This document shows, piece after piece, positions 17,837-28,011 of a stretch of DNA of 64,000 bases (within the stretch, counting starts at the first letter, position 1; each line of letters opens with the position of its first letter). The position numbers and the translations under genes are program-made. The notes under the pieces are model-generated. The model was not told the origin of the DNA. It did no database searches and was given only the letters and a program-made list of their open reading frames with translations. The DNA lies in the NCBI GenBank assembly GCA_963785235.1, contig CAWAUM010000012.1, forward strand, positions 224,001-288,000. The letters run 5' to 3'. This DNA comes from an uncultured delta proteobacterium (GTDB taxonomy: Bacteria > Desulfobacterota > Desulfomonilia > UBA1062).

Positions 17837-18598
17837 TCAACTCTTCCCCAACAGCCCACGCAGCGTCTCATATGCCCTCTTGGCCGGATCGGGTGAGTCC
17901 ATGATCCTGCCCATGAGGTAACTGCCCACGATAACCCCGTCGGCAAAGGTGAGCAGATCATCCACCTGGGCCGCGCTGGACACCCCGAAACCCACACACA
18001 CCGGCAAATCGGTCATCTCCTTGATGATGCCCACCTGGGCCTGCACCTCGGGAGGCAGATCACTTCTTGAGCCTGTAACCCCCTTGGTGGAAACCGCATA
18101 CACGAACCCGCTGCACTGGGAGAGGACCTCTGTCATCCTTTCGGGCCCGGTAGTCGGGGCCACCATCCGGATCAGGTCCATGCCGATCTCGCGGCAGTCA
18201 GCATAGATCTTACACGCATCCCGGGGCAGGTCCGGGATGATTGCCCCTCTCACTCCACAGCCTTTAAGGCTTGCAAACGTCTGAAGAAGCCCATTTCGCA
18301 TCAAAGGATTGATGTAGGACATGACGATGAGCGGTATCTCGAGCATGGTGCTCCACTCTTTAAGACAACCTTGAAACTCATCCATCTTAAACCCAGCCTG
18401 CAGGGCCATGAAGGCGGCCTTCTGCAGCACCGGACCGTCAGCCATGGGGTCAGAGAAGGGAATGCCGATTTCGATGGCCGCAGCGCCTGCATCCTGAAGA
18501 GCCAGGAGGATCCTGCCTGTCGTATCGAAATCCGGCAGACCTGCCGTGACATACGGGATTATTGCCTTTTTATGATCTTGTATTGCCTTAGCTATCAT
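17837..18598 (-). CDS. trpA: Tryptophan synthase alpha chain
   Basis: IEIGIPFSDPMADGPVLQ, GVTG, VGFGV, DGVIVGS. Confidence 0.96.
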   Translation of the reverse strand: MIAKAIQDHKKAIIPYVTAGLPDFDTTGRILLALQDAGAAAIEIGIPFSDPMADGPVLQKAAFMALQAGFKMDEFQGCLKEWSTMLEIPLIVMSYINPLMRNGLLQTFASLKGCGVRGAIIPDLPRDACKIYADCREIGMDLIRMVAPTTGPERMTEVLSQCSGFVYAVSTKGVTGSRSDLPPEVQAQVGIIKEMTDLPVCVGFGVSSAAQVDDLLTFADGVIVGSYLMGRIMDSPDPAKRAYETLRGLLGKS

Positions 18599-18600
18599 GG

Positions 18601-19749
18601 TCAGCCCCCTAACACCGTGTGGATGTCCTTGTCTCCCCTGCCGGAGAGATTGACCAGGACCTTTCTGCCCGGTTTATCCTTGCAATACTCTACAAGATAC
18701 CCGATGGCATGGGCGCTCTCCAGGGCAGGGGCGATCCCCTCCAGCCTGTTCAGCAGCTTGAAGGCGTCCAGCGCCTGCTCGTCATTGACCAGGACGTAAC
18801 GCGCCCCTTTCATGGAGGCAAGAAAGCTGTGCTCAGGACCAACGCCAGGATAGTCCAGGCCCGCTGCGATGGAGTGGGTCTCAACAACCTGACCGTCCTT
18901 GTCCTGAAGCAGGAAGGACCGCGTGCCGTGGAGGACGCCCGGTGTCCCGAAGTTGATGCTGGCGCCGTGCCTGCCATTGCCCTGGCCATAGGCCTCCACC
19001 CCGATCAGGTCCACCTTGTCTTCATCAAGAAAGGCGCTGAATATCCCGATGGCATTGCTGCCGCCGCCCACACATGCCACCACGGCATCAGGCAGCGAGC
19101 CTGACAAGGCAATGATCTGCTGTCTTGCCTCACGGCCTATAATCTCCTGGAAAGCCCGCACCAGGCTCGGGTAGGGGTGCGGACCGATGGCTGAGCCGAT
19201 GAGGTAGTACGTAGTGTCTACATTTGTTATCCAGTCCCTGATGGCCTCGCTGGTTGCATCCTTCAAGGTAGCGCTGCCGCCGCCGACCGGGACCACCTCG
19301 GCACCTAGAAGCTTCATACGCTCCACATTTATCTGCTGCCTGGCAATGTCCGTGCTGCCCATATACACATGGCATTCCATGCCGAACAGGGCGCATACCG
19401 TTGCCGTTGCCACACCATGCTGGCCCGCCCCGGTCTCGGCGATGATCCTGCGCTTTCCCATGCGCCTGGCGAGCAGTATCTGGCCGATTGCGTTGTTGAT
19501 CTTGTGAGAGCCGGTATGGTTGAGGTCTTCCCTTTTGAGCCACACGTCGAGCCCGAGGTGCACGGAGAGCCTTTCCGCATGAGTGATAGGTGTGGGCCTG
19601 CCCACATAGTTGACCATATAGGAGTTGAATTCATCCCAGAAGGTCTTATCGTCAAAGGCCTTTCCCATGGCAGCATCCAGTCCATCAAGCGCGGGCAGTA
19701 ATGTTTCAGGCACGTACTGCCCTCCGAATTCTCCAAAGTATCCCTTCAT
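18601..19749 (-). CDS. trpB: Tryptophan synthase beta chain
   Basis: [43 protein letters not shown]. Confidence 0.98.
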   Translation of the reverse strand: MKGYFGEFGGQYVPETLLPALDGLDAAMGKAFDDKTFWDEFNSYMVNYVGRPTPITHAERLSVHLGLDVWLKREDLNHTGSHKINNAIGQILLARRMGKRRIIAETGAGQHGVATATVCALFGMECHVYMGSTDIARQQINVERMKLLGAEVVPVGGGSATLKDATSEAIRDWITNVDTTYYLIGSAIGPHPYPSLVRAFQEIIGREARQQIIALSGSLPDAVVACVGGGSNAIGIFSAFLDEDKVDLIGVEAYGQGNGRHGASINFGTPGVLHGTRSFLLQDKDGQVVETHSIAAGLDYPGVGPEHSFLASMKGARYVLVNDEQALDAFKLLNRLEGIAPALESAHAIGYLVEYCKDKPGRKVLVNLSGRGDKDIHTVLGG

Positions 19750-20306
19750 GACTTGGCCTCCCTGATAAATCTCTCTACTTTCAGCGGGTCCTTGATGCCC
19801 GGCGACATCTCTACACCCGAAGACACGTCCACACCTTCAGGCGAAGCTTTCATGATGGCCTCCCGGACATTATCCGGGGTAAGCCCTCCGGCCAGGATGA
19901 AAGGGATGTCGCGTTTTTCCCATATTCCTTTCATGCCTTTGCCCGTGCTCGCGTCCATAAGGATACGGCAGGGGTAACCCGGGAGCATGCCCTGCCTGTA
20001 CTCGTGTGTGGCATAGATGATGCCGTACTGCTCCATCAGACGCTCATGCCTTTCTGAAGGTGCTGCATGGAGCTGAATAGTGTCAATCCCGAGGTCTTCA
20101 CAGGTCTTAAGGATCTCATCCACACCTTCATCCATGAATACCGCCACCTTCTCCACAGAGGTTATCTCTTGAATCCAGGGTACTATGATCTCTCGAGATA
20201 CGTTCCGAGGACTCTTTGTAAAGACAAAGCCCAGGGCATCGGCACCACACCGGGCAGCGAGCAGAGCGTCCTCACGCCTGGTGATGCCGCAGATCTTTAC
20301 CCACAT
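19746..20306 (-). CDS. trpF: Phosphoribosylanthranilate isomerase
   Basis: [26 protein letters not shown]. Confidence 0.95.
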   Translation of the reverse strand: MWVKICGITRREDALLAARCGADALGFVFTKSPRNVSREIIVPWIQEITSVEKVAVFMDEGVDEILKTCEDLGIDTIQLHAAPSERHERLMEQYGIIYATHEYRQGMLPGYPCRILMDASTGKGMKGIWEKRDIPFILAGGLTPDNVREAIMKASPEGVDVSSGVEMSPGIKDPLKVERFIREAKS

Positions 20307-21029
20307 GGAAGATATCCTCCCTTAATGTCCTGTCCGCAAAGGCCCTGCCGATTAACACGGCATCATAGCCAAAGGTTCTGAGTTCAATAAGCCTTGTCCC
20401 TGATGTTATGCCGCTCTCGGCAACCTTAACCGCATGAGTAGGGATATACCCGCAAGCTCTTCGTGTCTTACAGGGTCAACCTGAAGGTTTTTCAGGTCCC
20501 TGGAATTCACGCCGATGATCTCTGCACCCACTGCAATGGCCTTGTCCAGACCATCCAGGCCGTGGACCTCCACGAGGCAGTCCATGCCCAGGTCCTTCCC
20601 GCATGCATACAGGGCCTTGAGCTCTTTCAGGCTCAACATCTCGGTTATGAGCAGAAAGGCATCGGCACCCAGGGCACGGCCGGTCTTGATCTGCCGCTCA
20701 TCCACAATAAAGTCCTTCATCATGACCGGCAAAGAACAGCTTGCACGGATGATGCCGATGTATTCGAGACAACCTGCAAAATACTCCGGCTCGGTGAGAC
20801 ACGAAATGGCGCTTGCGCCAAGCCGTTCGTAATCGCGTGCAATGGTTGCCGGGTCATCGGTGATCCCGAGCAGGCCGTCCCTGGGTGTGGCATACTTCAC
20901 CTCTGCAATAACAGCCATACCATTCAAGGCAGCCTTGAAGGGTCTGACCGGGAAGGGATACCCTGCGGGTAGAATAAGCCCTGCCGAGCGTTTTTGCGAG
21001 AGCCTGTACATCTTGTCCAGAAAATCCAT
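20272..21029 (-). CDS. trpC: Indole-3-glycerol phosphate synthase, with a 1-nt deletion near 20448
   Basis: VIAEVK, ISCLTE, KDFIVD, IIGVNSRDL; C-terminal KVAESGI...DAVLIG continues in the shifted frame to TGA at 20272. Confidence 0.88.
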
Positions 21030-21031
21030 GG

Positions 21032-22025
21032 TTACTGCCCTGGCTCGCTTCAGGGCATTAAGGGCCTCCCCGTTTTTGATCACCTTTGCCGCCATGACCA
21101 CTCCATCCCTGATCCCCACCGTGCCGTCCACGGCCATAAAGGCTGCAGCCGCATTCAGGAGCAGGCTGTTCAGGCATGCACCTTCGAGCTTACCATCGAA
21201 AAGGTCTTTTATCTTCTGTGCGGATTCCATGGGAGACGCTACCTTGAGGTCTTCCATGGACATGCATGCAAGCCCGGCCTGCTCGGGCGTAATCTCACCT
21301 TTTGTGATCCTGCCGTCAGAGAGCCTTGCATATCTGGTGGGTCCGGCAATGGATACTTCATCGAGCCCGCTGTGTACTACCATGGCACCCTTGAGCCCCA
21401 TGTTCTTCAACACCTCGATGATGGGGTCAACCAGGGATGCCGCATAAACGCCTATGACCTGATTGGTTGCGCTGGCAGGGTTTGCAAGCGGGCCCAGGGT
21501 ATTGAAGATGGTGCGGATCCCCAGCTGCTTCCGGGCCGGCATGGCGTACTTCATGCTCGGATGATAGGCAGGTGCAAACAGAAAGCAGAAACCCTTTTCC
21601 TGAATTGCCCTTGCGGCATCATCCGGTCCAAGGTCAATGGGCACGCCCAGCGCCTCCAGGCAGTCGGCACTCCCGGAAGAGGAGCTCACGGACCGGTTGC
21701 CGTGCTTGGCAACATTGTATCCGGCCCCGGCCATAACAAAGGCCACGGCAGTGGATATGTTAAAGGTAGAGGCGCCGTCTCCGCCTGTTCCGCACGTGTC
21801 TACAACCATGTCACACCCGGTTTTCACCGGCAGTGCCCTGCTGCGCATGACACGGGCCGCTGTCTCGATCTCCTCTGGGGTCTCCCCCTTGATCCGTAGC
21901 GCAGTGAGGAACCCGCCTATCTGAACATCATTGGCCTGGCCTGACATGATCAGATCAAATGCGTGTTCCATCTCTGCGGGGCTCAAGTGTTGTCCTGAGA
22001 TCAATTTTTCAAAAGACGCCTTCAT
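21032..22025 (-). CDS. trpD: Anthranilate phosphoribosyltransferase (in frame with trpC as assembled)
   Basis: DTCGTGGDG, NISTA, KHGNRSVSS, RTIFNTLGPLANP; the 3' end is uncertain. Confidence 0.92.
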
Positions 22026-22603
22026 GATGGCCTCCTTGCTAAGAATATGAATCTCTCCAGGATCTCTTCACCATAATCGGTAGCAATGGATTCCGGGTGG
22101 AACTGGACCCCGAAAATCGGCATATCTTCATGGCAGATAGCCATGATTTCACCATCGTCATAGGCCCTGGCGCTCACCTGGAAGTCTTTTGGAAGGCTGG
22201 ACTCGTCAATGGCCAGCGAGTGGTACCTTACGGCCGAAAAGTTGTCAGGGATTCCATGGAACAGACCCAGACCGTTATGGGCAATCCGGGAGAGCTTCCC
22301 GTGCATGACCTTCTTTGCATAGACTATCTTTCCGCCAAAGGCCTGTGCAATACACTGATGACCGAGGCATACGCCCAAGATGGGGATGGTCCCGGCAAGG
22401 TCTCTTATAATTTCCATGGAGATACCGGCATTATCAGGGGTGCCGGGGCCCGGCGATATGATGATCGCAGACGGGTCAAGATCTCTTACACCACCTGAGT
22501 CTATGGCGTTGTTCCGCCTGACCACCACCTCCTCGCCGCGTGCCGCTATGGCCTGCACCAGGTTGTAGGTAAACGAATCAAAATTGTCGATCATGAGTAT
22601 CAT
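22022..22603 (-). CDS. trpG: Anthranilate synthase component II
   Basis: IDNFDSFTYNL, SPGPGTP, GVCLGHQ, RYHSL, QFHPES. Confidence 0.95.
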   Translation of the reverse strand: MILMIDNFDSFTYNLVQAIAARGEEVVVRRNNAIDSGGVRDLDPSAIIISPGPGTPDNAGISMEIIRDLAGTIPILGVCLGHQCIAQAFGGKIVYAKKVMHGKLSRIAHNGLGLFHGIPDNFSAVRYHSLAIDESSLPKDFQVSARAYDDGEIMAICHEDMPIFGVQFHPESIATDYGEEILERFIFLARRPS

Positions 22604-23991
22604 CTCGTCCCCCCCAATGCCGTCTGAAGGGCCTTCAGTTTGTTGTCTATCTCCTTGAGCTCCCGCTCAGGCACGGAATCCCACACGATTCCGGCGCCTG
22701 CCTGGAGGTATGTCTTGTCATTCCTGGAAAATATTGTCCGGATAATGATGCCGGTGTCCATGTTGCCGTTGTATGAAAGGTAGCCCACAGCGCCGGCATA
22801 GGGGCCCCGGCATCTCGCTTCCAGCTCATCGATGATCTCCATGGCCCTTACCTTCGGCGCGCCTGATACAGTTCCCGCAGGGAAGCAGGCCTTGAGGACA
22901 TCAACGGCATCCACACCCTTGCGGCGTAATCCCTCGACACACGAGACGATATGCATCACATGCGAATAGAGCTTCACCTTTTCCCTCGCCACCACCTTGA
23001 CCGTGCCGGGGATGCAGACCCGGCCCAGGTCGTTGCGTGCCAGGTCCAGCAGCATGAGATGCTCTGCGCGCTCCTTCTCGTCGTTCAAAAGGTCCTGCGC
23101 CAGATAATCGTCTTCCGGCGTGCTCTTGCCCCTCGGCCTGGTCCCGGCGATGGGGACCGTGGTGATCGTCTCTCCCTGGAGCCTCACCATCTCTTCAGGG
23201 GATGAACCGATCAGGGTTACATCAGCAATCCTCATGAAGAAGAGATATGGCGATGGATTGATGCGCCTGAGCCTGCGGTAGATGTCAAACGGGTCGCCTT
23301 CAAGGTCGATCCTTACCCGCCGCGAGAGCACCACCTGCATGATGTCGCCTTTGTGCAGATAATCCTTGGCCTTAAGCACGGCATCGGTGAACTCATCATC
23401 ACCAGGGGATATCTCCTGCACACCCCGGATGCCGGGCATCTTCGGCCTGACATTGATACTGCCTGAATAGAGCGCTTCCTCGATCTCGGAGAACTTTTCC
23501 CTTGCAAGGGCGGTCGCTTCCTCATCGGTAATGGAAGGCCCCGGAATCACCTGAAGGAGCTTGAGGTCCTGTTTCAGGTGATCAAAGACCAGCAGGGTGC
23601 TCACCCGGCCAAGCAGTGCATCAGGAAACCCTGAAGACTTTGGCGGCCGTGGCAACACCTCCACCCCCCTGATCATGTCATAACCAATGTAGCCCACATA
23701 CCCTCCAATGAAGGGAGGAAGACCGTTTTGGTCAAAGACAAGCGGGTTTGCAATCCTGGGGACTTTTGCCCATGGGTCTTTTTCCCCCTCCTCTACCGTT
23801 ACAACCCCTCCCTTGTCAAAACGGCCGACAAAGCTGTAGGCTACCGGTACGGATTCCAGCAGAAATCCCTGGGACTCTCCCACAAGGGCCTTGTAGGCGC
23901 CGACCGGGGTAACCGTATCGCAGGCCATACTCTGCACGACCAGAACCCCCTGGTCGCCAATGTCTCTGATAATGTTCAATCGGTCCGGCAT
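22600..23991 (-). CDS. trpE: Anthranilate synthase component I
   Basis: NPSPY, GSSPE, PIAGTRPRG, EHLMLLDLARND, PAGTVSGAPK; GGAG RBS before ATG 23991. Confidence 0.95.
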   Translation of the reverse strand: MPDRLNIIRDIGDQGVLVVQSMACDTVTPVGAYKALVGESQGFLLESVPVAYSFVGRFDKGGVVTVEEGEKDPWAKVPRIANPLVFDQNGLPPFIGGYVGYIGYDMIRGVEVLPRPPKSSGFPDALLGRVSTLLVFDHLKQDLKLLQVIPGPSITDEEATALAREKFSEIEEALYSGSINVRPKMPGIRGVQEISPGDDEFTDAVLKAKDYLHKGDIMQVVLSRRVRIDLEGDPFDIYRRLRRINPSPYLFFMRIADVTLIGSSPEEMVRLQGETITTVPIAGTRPRGKSTPEDDYLAQDLLNDEKERAEHLMLLDLARNDLGRVCIPGTVKVVAREKVKLYSHVMHIVSCVEGLRRKGVDAVDVLKACFPAGTVSGAPKVRAMEIIDELEARCRGPYAGAVGYLSYNGNMDTGIIIRTIFSRNDKTYLQAGAGIVWDSVPERELKEIDNKLKALQTALGGTR

Positions 23992-24008
23992 AATTTTCTC
24001 CAAATAAT

Positions 24009-24043
24009 AAAAAAAGCGGCAAGCTTTCTGGAAGCTTGCCGCT
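24009..24043 (-). terminator. trp attenuator terminator
   Basis: AGCGGCAAGCTT-ccaga-AAGCTTGCCGCT followed by a T-run, just upstream of trpE. Confidence 0.9.
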
Positions 24044-24067
24044 CTGACATGTGGCTTAACGTAAGCC

Positions 24068-24151
24068 CTAAGACAAACCTCCGCGCATAACTTTATTCAT
24101 GGCGCGCCACCACCACCTATTAGCCTTCATCAGATGAATCTTTTTCTTCAT
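24068..24151 (-). CDS. trpL: trp leader peptide MKKKIHLMKANRWWWRAMNKVMRGGLS
   Basis: Three tandem TGG codons upstream of a terminator and trpE. Confidence 0.88.
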   Translation of the reverse strand: MKKKIHLMKANRWWWRAMNKVMRGGLS

Positions 24152-24153
24152 GT

Positions 24154-24186
24154 TGTTTCTATATATAGAAACATATCGGTTGTCAA
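24154..24186 (-). promoter_or_regulatory. Putative trp promoter with a perfect 20-bp palindrome over the -10
   Basis: TTGACA, 17 bp, TATAGA on the minus strand; palindrome TGTTTCTATATATAGAAACA at 24154-24173. Confidence 0.55.
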
Positions 24187-24306
24187 CCCTTTCTTCTTAA
24201 GAGAAGAAAATTAAAAGGAGACTTGATTTTCCGAGTGTTTGGAGATATCATAATAAGTGTTCGCAAAACCTTTTATTACCAACATCTCCACACACAAGGG
24301 GGCACT

Positions 24307-25320
24307 ATGAACGACAACATCATCTCCCTAGACCGTCATATCATGGATGAACAGCGCAGGTCCGGGGGCAAGGGCGACTTCAGCTCAATCCTGAGCCAGA
24401 TCATCTTCGCCGCCAAGGTCGTGGCTGCACAGGTAGCCCATGCAGGGCTCGTAGAGGACATCCTCGGGAGGACCGGCAAGACAAACATCCAGGGTGAAGA
24501 GGTTCAGAAACTTGATGTATTCGCCAACAAGGTTTTCATCAACGCCTTAAATTATATCGGCAAGGTATGCGTCATGGCCTCGGAAGAAGACCAGGACATG
24601 ATCAAAATACCCGATAATTACCCCAAGGGCGACTATGTGGTGATGTTCGACCCCCTGGACGGGTCCACCAACATCGATGTGAATGTGTCCATCGGCACTA
24701 TCTTCGGCATCTATAAGAGGGTTACGGATAAAGGCGACGGGACACTGGATGATTGTCTCCAGAAAGGCCATAAACTCTTCGGCGCCGGTTACGTAATCTA
24801 CAGCTCAAGCACCATACTGGTCTATTCCACAGGCAACGGGGTCAACGGCTTCAGCCTTGACCCGAGCGTGGGCGAATTCATCCTGTCACACCCCAACATC
24901 ACCATGCCCAAGCGCGGAAAGATCTACAGTACAAACGAGGGTAACTGCACCTACTGGAAGCCCGGCACCAGGGAATATATCGACTACCTGAAATCCGATA
25001 AAAACGCCATGAAAAAACCGTACTCAACCCGCTATATCGGCTCGCTGGTGGCGGACTTCCACCGGAATCTCCTAAAGGGCGGCATCTTCCTCTACCCGGA
25101 AGACACCAATGACCCCAAGAAACCCACAGGTAAGCTGAGGCTCCTCTACGAGGCCAACCCGCTGGCATTCATAGCCGAACAGGCAGGCGGGTATGCATCA
25201 ACGGGGTACGAGCCCATCCTGGACATCCAGCCCACAGGCCTGCACCAGCGGGTGCCGCTCATCATCGGCTCCAAGGACGATGTCCTGGAATACGAACAGT
25301 TCGCAAAGAAGAATAAATAA
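24307..25320 (+). CDS. fbp: Fructose-1,6-bisphosphatase class 1
   Basis: NIQGEEVQKLD, FDPLDGSTNID, RYIGSLVAD, GKLRLLYE. Confidence 0.96.
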   Translation: MNDNIISLDRHIMDEQRRSGGKGDFSSILSQIIFAAKVVAAQVAHAGLVEDILGRTGKTNIQGEEVQKLDVFANKVFINALNYIGKVCVMASEEDQDMIKIPDNYPKGDYVVMFDPLDGSTNIDVNVSIGTIFGIYKRVTDKGDGTLDDCLQKGHKLFGAGYVIYSSSTILVYSTGNGVNGFSLDPSVGEFILSHPNITMPKRGKIYSTNEGNCTYWKPGTREYIDYLKSDKNAMKKPYSTRYIGSLVADFHRNLLKGGIFLYPEDTNDPKKPTGKLRLLYEANPLAFIAEQAGGYASTGYEPILDIQPTGLHQRVPLIIGSKDDVLEYEQFAKKNK

Positions 25321-25363
25321 AGGCAATCTTGCCCGGATATCTCATAATTCGAGGAGGCATACC

Positions 25364-26635
25364 ATGGCGAATTCGAAAGACTTCAACAAGGCGCTGGAGA
25401 TCGGTCGTCCACCCAACATCGTCAAGCTCTTCCCCAACTCAAAGGCCCTTATTGTGAGCGGCAAGGCAGTTGACCGGGCCATGATAAAAAAGGGCAAGGC
25501 CATGACCATTGCGGCCAACGGCCGCAACAGCATCGTCATCAAAGGGGTCCTGCAGGCGGCCCAGAGGGCCAATGCAGCAGTCATCCTCGAAATCGCCAAA
25601 TCCGAGTCATCCTATTGCCTCATCAGCATGTGGAACCTGGCCCGTTATGTGGACAGCATCTGTAACGAGCTCGGCATCACGGTCCCTATAGCCATCCATG
25701 CCGACCATTTCGGACTCAAGAAACAGCCCGAGGTAGGAAAGGCCAAGGTGGACATCCCCTCCATATTCGATGCTGGCATGACCTCCATTGCCATCGATGC
25801 ATCCCACATGGTGGATGAAGAAAACCTGCTGGCCAATATTGAGCTCAATAAGTATATCCCCTCCTGGGCCGGCTATGAGACCGAGGTGGGCGAGATCAAG
25901 GGCAAGGAGGGATTATCAACCCCTGAAGAAGCCCTGTTTCTTATCCAGGGCCTGAACGCCAATGGCATTTTCCCGGACCTGATCGCGCTCAACAACGGGA
26001 CAACCCACGGCATCGAGGCCTCAGACTCGGGCATAGACGTGGAACTGACCAAGCGTATCCATGAGCCGCTTGCAAAATACGGCATCTCCGGCGCCCAGCA
26101 TGGAACATCCGGCAACAGCTATGAGCGGCTCAAACGCATTGCCACAGAGACACGCACCACCAAGGCCAACGTGGCTACTGCGTTGCAGATGATCTCCTGG
26201 GGGCTCAAGGTCAATGAGTTCGGAAACGCCTTCATGGATGATCAGAAAAACTTTGTCAAGCTGCCGAACGAAGGTGTCACTGATGAGCTGTGGGCCGAGA
26301 TGGTGGCCTATGCCCAGGGCAAGTCACTCAAGGCAGGCGACTACAAGAACCTGAACCTGCCCTTTGAGAACAAACTGCTCGCCCAGCCGAGAGAAATCCG
26401 CGAGCGCATGGCCAAGGGCGTGGAGGACTTTGTCTATGACATGCTCGTGAATTGCTTCAATGCTGCAGACACCGCACCGCTTGCCATTGAAGCCATCCTC
26501 GAGAAGGGTTCCTATGACCTGGGACCAAAGGTAACCCGCATCGAAGACCCCAAGGAGTGGACAAAGGAAAAGATCATGGCCCGCGGCCAGGCCTTGCATA
26601 AGAAAGGAACCGCCACGGGTAATTACGACGATTGA
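25364..26635 (+). CDS. Class II fructose-bisphosphate aldolase
   Basis: IHADH, SIAIDASH, ETEVGEI, NGTTHG, AQHGTSG, KANVAT; GAGGAGG RBS. Confidence 0.9.
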   Translation: MANSKDFNKALEIGRPPNIVKLFPNSKALIVSGKAVDRAMIKKGKAMTIAANGRNSIVIKGVLQAAQRANAAVILEIAKSESSYCLISMWNLARYVDSICNELGITVPIAIHADHFGLKKQPEVGKAKVDIPSIFDAGMTSIAIDASHMVDEENLLANIELNKYIPSWAGYETEVGEIKGKEGLSTPEEALFLIQGLNANGIFPDLIALNNGTTHGIEASDSGIDVELTKRIHEPLAKYGISGAQHGTSGNSYERLKRIATETRTTKANVATALQMISWGLKVNEFGNAFMDDQKNFVKLPNEGVTDELWAEMVAYAQGKSLKAGDYKNLNLPFENKLLAQPREIRERMAKGVEDFVYDMLVNCFNAADTAPLAIEAILEKGSYDLGPKVTRIEDPKEWTKEKIMARGQALHKKGTATGNYDD

Positions 26636-26715
26636 GAAGACATCATGGCCCTTGACGGGCCTGAATTTGTATGGCATGAGGGCACTGCTCTCATTTGAAA
26701 ACCAGGAAGGTAATA

Positions 26716-26910
26716 ATGGCACGAGTCACCGTTGAAGATTGTCTTGAAAAGGTAAACGATCGCTTTTCTTTAGCCGTTGCTGCATCCAAGCGTACCAAGC
26801 AGCTCATGAAGGGGTCCAATCCCTTAAGCAGACGCAAGGACAACAAGTTTGTGGTCACGGCGCTGCGCGAATTGGCTGAGGGGAAGATCACGCTGCACGA
26901 ACGTACATGA
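26716..26910 (+). CDS. rpoZ: RNA polymerase omega subunit
   Basis: [10 protein letters not shown]...RFSL...KR...ALRE. Confidence 0.95.
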   Translation: MARVTVEDCLEKVNDRFSLAVAASKRTKQLMKGSNPLSRRKDNKFVVTALRELAEGKITLHERT

Positions 26911-28007
26911 CAAAGAGGGATTACTACGAGATCCTCGGAGTATCGAAGGCAGCGACCGCCGATGAGATAAAGAAGGTCTACCGTCAGCTTGCACTGAAAT
27001 ACCATCCGGACCGCAACCCTGGCGATCATGAGGCTGAATCGCGCTTCAAGGAGGCAGCCGAGGCCTACGAGGTGCTCCACGATACTGAAAAGAGACGCCT
27101 GTACGACCAGTATGGACATGAAGGCCTCTCGCGCACCAACTTCCACGAATTCACCAGCTTTGACGATATATTCAGCAGTTTCTCGGATGTCTTCGGCGAC
27201 ATGTTCGGTTTCCCGGGGGGCAGAGGTGGTCGCAGGCGTCCCACCAAGGGGGCCGACCTCAGGTACGACACCACCATCACCCTGGAACAGGCAGCAACAG
27301 GCACTGAGATCGAACTGGACATCCCCAAGACGGAACCATGCGAAGAGTGCAAGGGCAGCGGGGCCGAGGCAGGGACATCTCCCGAGCGATGCTCCACCTG
27401 TGGAGGCAAGGGCCAGGTAAACAGGACCCAGGGCTTCTTCACCATCAGCACCACCTGCCCTTCCTGCAGGGGAGCCGGCCAGGTAATCAAAAAGCCTTGT
27501 AAACCCTGCAGGGGAAGCGGCCACGTCACCAAAAGGAAGCACCTCAAGGTCAAGATCCCTGCCGGTGTTGATGCAGGGGCCACCATGCGGGTCCCTGGAG
27601 AAGGCGAGCTTGGTGAATTGGGCGGGCCTCCCGGAGACCTGTATGTCTTCATCAACCTCAAACAGCATGAAACCTTTGTCAGGCAGGGCGATGACCTCTA
27701 TATCGAAATGCCCATCAGCTTTGTGCAGGCATCGCTTGGTACAAGCATAAAGGTTCCAACCTTAGACGGCGAGGCCGACCTGGACATCAAACCCGGCACC
27801 CAGCCCAATGAGATATACACGGTCAAAGACAAGGGCATAAAGCACCTGAGGCACTCAGGCCACGGTTCGCTCCATGTGGGCATCAGGGTGGAGATCCCCA
27901 AAAAGCTCACGAAGGATCAGGAAGAGCTCCTGCGCAAGTTCGCCGAAATAACCAATGATGACGTGAAGGACTCCAAGAACAAGAAGAAGCTGTTCGGAAG
28001 GTTCTAA
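26907..28007 (+). CDS. dnaJ: Chaperone DnaJ
   Basis: J domain with HPD, G/F region, four CxxCxGxG repeats, GDLYV. Confidence 0.97.
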   Translation: MTKRDYYEILGVSKAATADEIKKVYRQLALKYHPDRNPGDHEAESRFKEAAEAYEVLHDTEKRRLYDQYGHEGLSRTNFHEFTSFDDIFSSFSDVFGDMFGFPGGRGGRRRPTKGADLRYDTTITLEQAATGTEIELDIPKTEPCEECKGSGAEAGTSPERCSTCGGKGQVNRTQGFFTISTTCPSCRGAGQVIKKPCKPCRGSGHVTKRKHLKVKIPAGVDAGATMRVPGEGELGELGGPPGDLYVFINLKQHETFVRQGDDLYIEMPISFVQASLGTSIKVPTLDGEADLDIKPGTQPNEIYTVKDKGIKHLRHSGHGSLHVGIRVEIPKKLTKDQEELLRKFAEITNDDVKDSKNKKKLFGRF

Positions 28008-28011
28008 AAAC

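Noticed and set aside
26691-27668. 325-aa antisense ORF over rpoZ-dnaJ, and similar shadow ORFs over trp, dnaK and argS
   Set aside because: Antisense to well-conserved genes, with no motifs; expected from codon bias
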